Shown one piece after another: positions 35,067 through 43,739 of a DNA stretch of 43,739 nt; the stretch's first letter is position 1; each line of letters begins with the position of its first letter. The notes under the pieces were generated by a model that saw only the letters and a list, made by a program, of their open reading frames with translations, made no database searches and was not told where the DNA came from. Both the position numbers and the translations under genes were made by a program. The DNA is from Vezdaea acicularis (taxonomy: Eukaryota), in contig JAPEUI010000030.1 in the NCBI GenBank assembly GCA_026025075.1, positions 124,001 through 167,739 on the forward strand. The letters are read 5' to 3'.

Positions 35067-35313
35067 GATCTTTCGCGCCCTTGTGAAATTTGGGGATTTT
35101 TGGGGGGTCGATTTTTCTTGAGCAGCTGGTATGCTATGCGGGATAGGGGTCATGAATGTGTCCTAGATGATACGACTATGTATTCACTCATGCTATAACT
35201 ATTCTACATTGTCGCCCCACGGTTCAAATTCTTAGGTGGAGAGAGTATCCTAAACCTCTGCTCTCCCCGTCCCGCCTTTCATACGTCTTCACTCCCAAGG
35301 GCAACGACAAGGC

Positions 35314-35554
35314 ACATGTGAAAGTCAGCCGACCCTTCCACTTTTGCGTTGCGCTTTGAACCCCACAAAAGGCGTGTTGGGGAGACGCGCCGAGCGCGTT
35401 AAGGGCGTGGTGCCGAGGCAAAGAAGACCCTAAGGAAGCTCCCAAAAGCTTTCTAGAACACCTTCTGAATTAGCTATGAAGTACATGTGAAAGTCAGCTG
35501 ACCCTTTCGCTTTTGCGTGGCGCTTTGAGCCCCACAAAAGACGTGTGGTGGAGA
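35314..35554. repeat. Two 72-bp direct repeats (35314-35385, 35483-35554), each containing a hairpin
   Basis: Ungapped alignment, 8 mismatches in 72 bp, period 169 bp; both start acatgtgaaagtcagc. Confidence 0.9.
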
Positions 35555-35692
35555 TGAGTTCACATATTGTGGTGGCTGCCCGGTTATGAGCTCCCGGACA
35601 TACATATGGTGTGTCTTCATCTCGCTGCAATAAGTTAGCTACGCCTTCTATGCTCTCTATGACAATCCCTTGGGCCAAAGGCCATTTCTCCT

Positions 35693-36423
35693 TTACTCCA
35701 TTCCCTGTTTGGCCGCCAAACGATCATGCTCCTCAATATCCGTTGCCTCCCATGGATAGCATATCCAGACGTCTCCCACCGTCCTCGCAGCCATATACCT
35801 TCCTTCTTCTACCATATCACTTGGGAGCTTCCCTTTCTTTTCCTTGTCTTTATTATGCAGCACAAACACCGCAAACCGTGTGTCCTTTACCTCTTCTCCA
35901 AGCTTCCCCTCTTTCTTCAGCTTCTCAGCTGCTGTATTCACGTCCTTCTCTAGTTCCCGAACGGCATATTCAAGCGTTGTGCGAGTGTCATCCACTTCGT
36001 CAACGATGAGAATGTTCTTCCCCACAAGTGAGGCCATCTCTAAAGAAGAGAGGTCGAGCCATTGGGTGCGTGTGACGTGCGTTCCCGGTTGCTCGACCGG
36101 TGTGTTCTCCGTAGTGGGCAAAGTCTCGTAGAGGGAGAGGCCTATAGCTTGAATGGGGATGTTGGGGTGAGAGGGCCGTTTGAGAAAAGATCGTAAGATG
36201 CGTGCAGGGACATAGCCGCCACCGCCGATGGCGATCATGAGATTTGGAGAAAATTCATTGAGAATGCGTGGGGCCGACTCCTGGCAGAGCTTATGGATCT
36301 GGTGAAGCAGGAGACATCAGCGTAAGACCATCAAAGAGAGACACTGCTTGCGTTCCACGAAGGTGGGCGAAACGCAGTTCTTCTGTTTACCTGATTATAC
36401 GTGATGTAGACCTTTTCCACCAT
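35693..36423 (-). CDS. XPT1: Xanthine/hypoxanthine-guanine phosphoribosyltransferase (Xpt1/Hpt1 family). Exons 36423-36391, 36298-35693
   Basis: MVEKVYITYNQ|IHKLCQ...MIAIGGGGYVPARILRSFLK...TRTQW...LIVDEVDDTRTTL...WICYPWE. Xpt1 versus Hpt1 specificity is not resolvable from sequence alone. Confidence 0.93.
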
Positions 36424-37000
36424 CGTGAGCTATTTATCGCTTCAGTCTCTATCCAAAAGCTGGGCTGAGTGTCGAGAAAAGGCAGGAATACCAAGGACTC
36501 TGGATAGAGGCAGAAGTAAAATGGCGCCTGCCTCTAGAAAGGCAGAAACGTCGGAGGAATGTTGTAGCCTCGAGCACGGGAGCGATTTGGGCGTGACAAG
36601 GCCACGCTAACTTGTAAACGCCGTGAGTACAGGCATCTTTAAACGGATAGCATCAGGCCCGCGCCAATCAGGTATAATACATGTCCTTCGAGGGCGCAGG
36701 TCTCTAGAAGAACTGCATATAAGAACTTTTGCGTCTCCTTCGGATCACAGAACAGTAGAAGGCTGGTGTTACAAGGTTTATTCATGTCGTACAAGAATGG
36801 TAGTTCTGAGGGCTTGTTTGCATTACCCAATCGGGTCTGAATCCCCCAGACGCAAACTCGCCTAAAAGTAGCCGAAGAGAGCAAAACACGCGCCGGCGTG
36901 TCAATCATCTCTATCGACCTTCACGTCCGTGTCGCATCTGAAGGAATGCATTTCCGTATTTCTACCGAATAGGTTGAACAATCGATCCCTTAAGCAAGCA

Positions 37001-39159
37001 ATGGCGACTGTTCACCCAGCAAAGCGGCGCAAAACATCTCCCACCACCTCCGTTCCCGTTGACGCGCCTTCCACCCCACGCAACTCACGCTCAGCGTCGC
37101 AAGACCAATCTCGAACGACCCCACGGCGCGCTTCATACCTATCACCAACTAAGTCTAGCCTTTCACGCTCTCATCCGAATCTCCTACCCCGAAAACCGCA
37201 ATCCGCGAGTGCAGGACCGCGACAGAGCAAACGGGTGCGGGTGACTACAGATTTGTCTTCAGGATTGGTGGGCAGTCCAGGAAAGACGCCAAAAACCGCG
37301 CCTGCAAAGTCGTTCCGGCCAGCTCAGGACGAGACTGTGCAAGGGACCAATGGCGTTGTGCATTCATTCAGTCCTACAACACCCAGCCGTGATGCTGGCG
37401 ATCCTCGTACAACGCGCTCTACAGAAGGAAATCGCTTATCAGCCTCTCTTCGCCGCCCTCCACGCGCACCAGCAGCAATAACAAGGGCCAAATCTCCTTC
37501 TGTACCCCCTCGAACGCCTATAGCGCAAACAGAGGTAGATCCTACGATTGCGAAAGACTTACAGGTGAATGTGGATGCACAATTGCTGCATGAGACGGAG
37601 GGAAAATTGGGCACGGCGCCCGCGAGAAATACGAGGGCTAGTACGGCAAGGGCGAGCTTAGAGAGCAATAGCGCAGTGCAAGTGGCGGAGAATGAAGATA
37701 GAGAGGAGGATAGAGAGGTTGAAAGGGACAAGGCGAGAGGGGGATATCGCGAGATGGATCAACTGAGTGGCATCAGCACGATTGAGAGGGGCGAAAACTT
37801 CTCTAAGCAGAGAGCGAGGAGGAGTAGGGGCGTTGCAGAAAAGATCCAGCAGTCTCCAATACGGAGGAAAGCTTCCAAAGCTATTGATAGAGAGACCGAG
37901 ATCGAAGCAAAACCAGGGCAGCGAGAAGAGGACGATGAGCCAGAAGTCGGGCGCAGAGCAGAGAAGCGGCTATCCGAGATGGATCTTCAAAATGAGTTAG
38001 TATTCGAGGACGAAGCAGAAGTCGAAAAGTGGAGGTTACGAGATAGCCTTAGAGCGACCCTCCAGAGCTTGCAATCTGATGTCGAAAAAGCCGAGAAGGC
38101 AGTGGCAAGCCTACAAGATGTAGAGTCGCAAGAAAATACCGTACATACGGATGAGATACTGTAAGCTTCCCCTCTCAAAGTCTGACAGCAATACTAATAT
38201 CGTCGTCAGTGCTCTTCTTGCCACCAACTCTGCACTTAAGCCGCCTCCTGTGGCTTCCAGACCAGCCTCGTTCTCTCTCACGTCCTTCCTGCCCTTCTCC
38301 GCTCGACCTCGCACAAAACCGAGCCAAGATCACCTTTCAGATTCTCCAGCGCCCTCGCATCGCCCAATCGATTTAGCCGATCCGCTTCCATATCTCCAAG
38401 TCTTCACGCCGCTGACATTCACCTCAACCAGCACTCTTGTCAGCGCCTCAGACAGCTCCGAAAGCCCTAGTCCTCTCCTGATTCAGAAGCACGACATCAC
38501 AGCCACCAGCCCCCTCTCGCTCCTTGTCGCGAGGCTGGAGCTAGACGTCGACACCACCTCTACGGTCGCCACCCGCCTTGCCCTCACTTCACTCTCCCAA
38601 TGGGCAGAAGACGAGCTTAGGCCATGGATCTCCACGCACACCAAAAGTTCTGCAAACATCACGAGCGTGTGCTGGGCGCTAGGCAGCTATTACACGCAAG
38701 CGGAACAGCGCGCAAGGACCTGGTATCGACTTTCTAGGCAATTCTCTCATCTCGCGGGACGCGATGAGGACTTGAATGCTCGGAGAGAGACGCCCCCCGA
38801 ACCCTCGCGCCGTGAGCTATTAGAACATGTAGGGCGAACAGTATGGCGCATTGAAAAGGGAAACGTGGCTCTTAGGTTCGAATGGCGAATCACGGTCGAC
38901 TGGACTGGTGAGGCGGAGTCAAAGGTCGGGGTCAATGTCGGGTTGCCAAATGGCTGTAAGTTCCCTCTCAATCTTAGGGCAGGGGCCCGACAAGGCTAGG
39001 ATTTGCTAACGGCTTTATACAGGGAGAAAGACAGATTCAAGGGGAGTCTTTCAGCGAGTTCCTGAAATCTTTGATGGCATGGTGAGGAGTACAGGTGTTG
39101 AGGACGCGGTGAGGGTTCTTGTACAGTTACTTCTCCTGGATGACGAGGCAGAGCAATGA
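37001..39159 (+). CDS. Protein with disordered N-terminus, coiled coil and CENP-P/Ctf19-like C-terminal domain. Exons 37001-38160, 38210-38955, 39023-39159
   Basis: Two GT-AG introns join three frames. The C-terminus LRFEWRITVDWTGEAESKVGVNVGLPNGWRKTDSRGVFQRVPEIFDGMVRSTGVEDAVRVLVQLL resembles the CENP-P C-terminal pattern. Confidence 0.8.
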
Positions 39160-39695
39160 TCATGTCATATGGGCTAGGAGTTTGCGTGCGTATATACTCT
39201 TGGACGCTGATCTGAATTGGATATACGGCCACCTACCTATAAGTGCTCCCTCATTTTCACACACAATGCTATACCAATATCCCTCCATTCGCCCATTCTG
39301 CTTGAGGGACCATGCGAATTCCGCTACCAGGGAATACGGCCATAGCGCAATTTATTGTTCATTTCAACAAAAGTTGATCTCGTAAGAAAGCGGTCGGCCG
39401 TACAGTTGAACTCTATCCATACAACAAAAGATAGCCCAGATTATCAGCGGTCCCCCATAAAACCAGGGGTGCCCCTAGCATGACACGCCAGGTCGACGCG
39501 CTTAATACTACAGGCGCGTGAGACGCTCGCCTAACGAACTCGCCTAACAATTTCGGAGACCGCACTCGCTTTCTCTCGCGCCGCAACATGAACGAGGCAA
39601 AAACCAGTCAAGACCGCTCCATAGCAATCGACCGTTTAAAGCAGATAAAATGCTAACAACAAGGAACAACGTAACTTCTTAGAGCAATAAAAACT

Positions 39696-39806
39696 GGGCC
39701 TTGTCGGGATTTGAACCCGAGACCTGTCACATGCTTGCTTTTTTAAGTACATAAATGCACCTGGGATCAGCCCGAAGCGACAATCATACCACTAGACCAC
39801 AAGGCC
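39696..39806 (-). tRNA. tRNA-Pro(CGG) with a 39-nt intron (39770-39732)
   Basis: Acceptor stem GGCCTTG/CAAGGCC, A-box TGGTCTAGTGG, anticodon arm GTCGC-TT-CGG-G^T-GTGAC, T-arm TCGGG-TTCAAAT-CCCGA, T5 terminator just downstream. Confidence 0.95.
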
Positions 39807-40448
39807 AATGCCAAATTGTCGCCTTATTGTAATTTATATATACAACCCAACAACAGGAAGGGAGTTTCCGTTTGAGTAATTAGCATCTCCACGATATATG
39901 CGGACCATCTATCCACCTCATACCTTAGTCAACGGTGTGAACACGCAACCAGGCCACTCGGAACAACACATGACTCCTTTTTCTGCGAGCACAATTACTA
40001 CTTCTGAACCCCCCCCCCCGTGAGATAACACTTCAGGTTTACAACGCAGGGCAATATGATCTAAATAGCTAAAGTGGCCTTGCTCGAGCCAGCAGAGTAA
40101 AGAGTCGATAAGACTACTTGTGAAAGTGCCCCGCAGGGCGCCACGTCATGTACTCGCTGAAAATGGAATCGGCAGCATGTAGAGCCAAGATCTTAGCGCG
40201 TCCAGGGTCCGTGTTTGAGGACCGAGGCAGCATCAAACCGCCTTCCTCCCCTCACCTCTTGAATCAGCAGCCACACATGGCCCAGCCTTCTGTTCAAACG
40301 ACCGCTCTTTGGCAAGACAGCCAGCAACAACGTGTACTGAGCATACACACGGATAAGAAATCAGAGCTGAAAGAAACTCTACTCTCATCACCGGCAAGTA
40401 ACACAGGCAGCAAAGAGGAATGCTGCTGATCCATGATTCTAAGCTCGT

Positions 40449-41972
40449 ATGCTAATTCAAGTAAAGATCTCACAGAACATATCATCCTCCACCAGGCCAG
40501 CTGAGCAGACTGAACGGCACACGCCCACCACGACACCCGAAGCCGACCGGAAGAGAAAGCGATCGCAAGAGCCCGAGGATTCACTAGATCAAGTTCAGGA
40601 CATCTCTGCTCAGAAACGCACGCGACTTTCACTAATAGGCTCAGCGTTTGCAGCGTTTGAAGCGTTTGAAGCGTTTGAAAAAGCCGAAAAGCATACAGAG
40701 ATCAAAGACGAAAAACCAAATCCGATCAAGTACTGGGTCGAGAACGGAAGCTGGCCCAAGCAATACTTTGAGATGGATCCGAACGTGAGCGAGTTAACCC
40801 CGAAGAAGCGATCCCGCTCCACGAGTTACAGCCAAAGCGTCAAGGATGGTGACAAGCCTAGGCCTTACACCCCGAAATACGAGGAAGTGCTCGCCAATGC
40901 TGGCATCTTCATGGACGCATTCCAAGGCCAGACAAATATCTCGAACGATTGCCAGGAGCTCTGCAATACTCTACTCAGCCGCAACTACGATCCGCCTATA
41001 GACTCCCTCTTCAAGGATGATCGGTTTTGGGTGGCCCTGCAACGAGTGCGCAATCGTAATGAGTCAAGGGTTTTCAGAGACATCACGCCGTTCATCGTAC
41101 CATCCGCCGAACTCCTTTATATCCGCGGCCTTGATCATCTTGAGCACCTGACCGAGGAATTGAACGCGGAATGGACGAAATGCACCGCCCTTGCCAGCCC
41201 CCGGCCTAAACCTGACTTCTGCGTTGGTTTATCATCGTCGGCCTTTACCGAAGAGGAGGTGTCCAAGCTCAAGTTATATACTGCGCCTGATAGAGCCACC
41301 TTGGTCACTGAGCAGCTTTATTTTCCTTATTTTATGTGCGAAGTGAAATGTGGAGAGCAAGCAATCATTCGGGCGGATCGACAAAATGCCCATAGCTGCA
41401 GCATCGCAGTTGGTGCTATCATCCAACTTTATCAAGCATCGTCGCATGTGGAGGAGGTGAATCGGAAGCTCCTTGCCTTCTCGATCTCCCACGATATCAA
41501 CATGGCAAAAATTTACGGCCACTATGCTCAAGTCAAAGACGAAAAGACCACCTTCCATCGTTATTTGATACGGAGTTTTGACTTTACCGAGCGCAACGGA
41601 TTGGAACGATACACGGCATACAACTTTGTCCGGAAACTCTACGACCATTTCACCCCCATTCACCTGAAAAGAATCCAAAGTGCTCTATCAGAAATACCCA
41701 ACCCTTCCGCCGAGTCGTTCACACCTACGACCAGTATTGATGCTGACGTAGAGGGGGGATTAGTCCCGCCAGATATTCCACCAAGCGTACCATCTTCTCA
41801 AGACAGCGGAGTCTTCAAACGGCCCGCTCTGCCACTCACCGCCGTGCTACAGCAAGAGAATGATCGGCTGACCGCTCAACTTGATCAGCTCATGAAACAG
41901 CAACGGGAGCAACAGGAGCAAATCACCAAACTGCTCGATCTGCTCACGATGCAGCAAAAGCAGAAAGCGTAG
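40449..41972 (+). CDS. Fungal PD-(D/E)XK-like nuclease-fold protein; a probable upstream exon starts at ATG 40277
   Basis: 507 aa ORF with RNESRV, PKPDFCVG, FPYFMCEVK, ADRQNAHS, FSISHD...IYGHY and a C-terminal coiled coil. Confidence 0.75.
   Translation: MLIQVKISQNISSSTRPAEQTERHTPTTTPEADRKRKRSQEPEDSLDQVQDISAQKRTRLSLIGSAFAAFEAFEAFEKAEKHTEIKDEKPNPIKYWVENGSWPKQYFEMDPNVSELTPKKRSRSTSYSQSVKDGDKPRPYTPKYEEVLANAGIFMDAFQGQTNISNDCQELCNTLLSRNYDPPIDSLFKDDRFWVALQRVRNRNESRVFRDITPFIVPSAELLYIRGLDHLEHLTEELNAEWTKCTALASPRPKPDFCVGLSSSAFTEEEVSKLKLYTAPDRATLVTEQLYFPYFMCEVKCGEQAIIRADRQNAHSCSIAVGAIIQLYQASSHVEEVNRKLLAFSISHDINMAKIYGHYAQVKDEKTTFHRYLIRSFDFTERNGLERYTAYNFVRKLYDHFTPIHLKRIQSALSEIPNPSAESFTPTTSIDADVEGGLVPPDIPPSVPSSQDSGVFKRPALPLTAVLQQENDRLTAQLDQLMKQQREQQEQITKLLDLLTMQQKQKA
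40643..40679 (+). repeat. 9-bp coding tandem repeat (AGCGTTTGA/C)x4 encoding AFAAFEAFEAFE
   Basis: agcgtttgc agcgtttga agcgtttga agcgtttga. Confidence 0.85.
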
Positions 41973-42540
41973 ACCAGGGATCCCTCTCCGTCCACTTGAT
42001 CTTATTAAGATGCCCCTCCCCACCCCCCAATCGCTGCCAGTCAAGCAGCCCCCCCTTTTTATCCGCATACACGCCGCCTCTTGCATATACTCGGGCAAGC
42101 TCTCAACCACAGCAACTCCCCCATATAACGAACCGCCTCTCGGACCAGATTATATATCCTCAGAGAAACCCCCCCATACAACGAACGACCTCACGGCCCC
42201 GGTTCCCCACCCTTCAAGAAGAGACTATTCATGATACCAGGTAGCAGCCACCTACCCACAAAAGTATCCCGTCGCGCGAGTCAGAGCCACGGCCGAACTC
42301 GTGTTGTATATATGTATATATATAATAAAATCAATCCACCCCCCGAACCTCGCACTTTTTGCGAGCTTCAATCCGCAGCGTATAGCCTCGTAGCAATGTC
42401 ACCTGATCGCCTGTGCGAACAGCTCCCACACAACCCCCCCCCTTTTCTTCCTCCCCTATGTCAAAAACTCCCTACGCCCCCTCCCCAACAGCCCAGCCCT
42501 CTACCCACCAGCTTCCGGGTCCTCGTCGACACGCTTCCCC

Positions 42541-42616
42541 TCACTTTCCACCCACTTCCACCCACTTCCACCCACTTCCACTCACTCTCACTCCCACTCC
42601 CACTCCCACTTCCACC
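42541..42616 (+). repeat. C-rich low-complexity tract (CCCACTTCCA and CTCCCA units)
   Basis: cccacttcca x3 followed by ctccca repeats. Confidence 0.75.
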
Positions 42617-43221
42617 ATCGCCGTAGCGCTAGCGCTGTGGGCTGGTTATATAGTCGCTTCCACTTCCTCACCATTTCTCCCAGTTCAACAGAAAGAAAGC
42701 CCCGCGGTCGAACTTAACACCCAACACCCAACACCCAGCCCCCGATCCCCTCCGGCAGGGGGTGGGGGGGGAGAGGGTTGGGCGATGCATGAATATCTGC
42801 CTAACGCGGCTGTAGGGGAGGAAAGGGGGTGGGGGGAAGGGGGCGGGGGGGGAATGAGGTGCGCAGAGGTGAATCGTGCAGGGATGAGTATTCCGAGTAT
42901 GTTTTTTTTTTGGATAGATCACTACTGTGAAGTTGATGAGGACGATGATGACGACAATAAAGGGGGGGTGAGAGTCGTCTATGCGAGGGCAAAAATGGGG
43001 GATATGCCAATCCTCTACACAATGGGAGAAAGAGGGGGGGGGGGGGGGAAGCGCATATACAAAAAGTGACAGCATCCCATTTTCCCAATCGCCAGCCCCT
43101 TCCAAGCTTCCCAAGCCCGCCTGTCCCGGCCTGTCTCGGCCTCTACTCTATCCAGGCATAAAACACGTATGAAATATCATCATCATCCAATCTCCCTCTC
43201 TTAACACCCATCCTCATCAAA

Positions 43222-43739
43222 TCAACCAAGCCTCTTCCTCTTCCCCCCACCGCCGGCTTCGCCGCGATCATCCTCCTCAACCGTTTCCGCGGGGTTGAGG
43301 AGGTTATGCACGTTACTAGCCATACTACTCCTGCGCGTGCCGGCGCCGGGGGGTGTTTCGCTGACGGCGCCGATCTTGCCGGGCCCCCAGCCCGTCGTAG
43401 CAGCACCACCAGCACCAGCGCCGCCGCCATCGCGGCGCGTGGCGTTGGCAAAGCTCCATGTCGAGTCCATGCTGATTGCGCCGGGCGTGGTGTTGGAGGG
43501 GAGGGGCGGGGTGGTGTGGCGCGAATTGCTGAAGATGCCGGCGCCGCCATTATGGAGATGGCCGGCGGCGGGGTGCTCGCGGTCGCGCTCGGAGCGGGTG
43601 GAGGGTTTGATTTCGTAGCGGGCGAGGACGTTGCGGACGGCTTGGGGGTCTTCGTCGTCGCGGGCGGTGGCAATGGGGGTGCGTGAGGGGGAGGAGGGCC
43701 AGTGCGAGGAGGACTGGCCGGATGCAAAGGGCGAGGAGG
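43222..43739 (-). CDS. 3' end of a gene entering from the window end; probable nuclear regulator
   Basis: Frame open from the edge: ...HWPSSPSR...VRNVLARYEI...RRSSMASNVHNLLNPAETVEEDD...GKRKRLG*, with an NLS-like tail. Confidence 0.7.
   Translation of the reverse strand, partial: SSPFASGQSSSHWPSSPSRTPIATARDDEDPQAVRNVLARYEIKPSTRSERDREHPAAGHLHNGGAGIFSNSRHTTPPLPSNTTPGAISMDSTWSFANATRRDGGGAGAGGAATTGWGPGKIGAVSETPPGAGTRRSSMASNVHNLLNPAETVEEDDRGEAGGGGKRKRLG

Noticed and set aside
1268..39159. Two kinetochore genes (DAD4 and CENP-P-like) in one window
   Set aside because: 35 kb and many unrelated genes apart; consistent with chance.
39526..39548. CTCGCCTAAC direct repeat near the tRNA
   Set aside because: Two adjacent 10-bp copies enclosing nothing; not a TSD or CRISPR-like array.
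42413..43069. 218 aa ORF with a hydrophobic patch
   Set aside because: Built largely from homopolymer and microsatellite tracts; coding status cannot be supported without expression data.

Overview
Gene-dense nuclear DNA from a filamentous ascomycete (Pezizomycotina): short GT-AG introns with CTRAC branch points, and no prokaryotic features, CRISPR array or intact transposon. In order: ARP5 (5' part), DAD4 (5 exons, absent from the ORF track), IES6, GOT1, profilin (5 exons, only fragments in the ORF track), a low-complexity hypothetical protein, a secreted Cys-rich protein, TMEM16/Ist2 scramblase, a metallophosphoesterase, a second hypothetical protein, a secreted Alt a 1-like candidate, a ~5.7 kb gene-poor stretch, a Zn2Cys6 transcription factor, URA5, OLE1, a UapA/UapC-type xanthine-uric acid permease convergent with a xanthine/hypoxanthine phosphoribosyltransferase, a CENP-P/Ctf19-like kinetochore gene, an intron-containing tRNA-Pro(CGG), a PD-(D/E)XK-like gene, and the 3' end of another gene. 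Most notable: (i) ARP5 and IES6, obligate partners in INO80, are tightly linked around DAD4; (ii) a purine uptake/salvage pair has a UaY-type site upstream and a duplicated 72-bp hairpin element between the 3' ends; (iii) a hidden CENP-P-like domain; (iv) non-canonical splice sites in TMEM16; (v) recurrent C-rich-to-G-rich blocks. Exon coordinates were read by hand; family calls come from motif recognition, not database searches. No novel system is proven.
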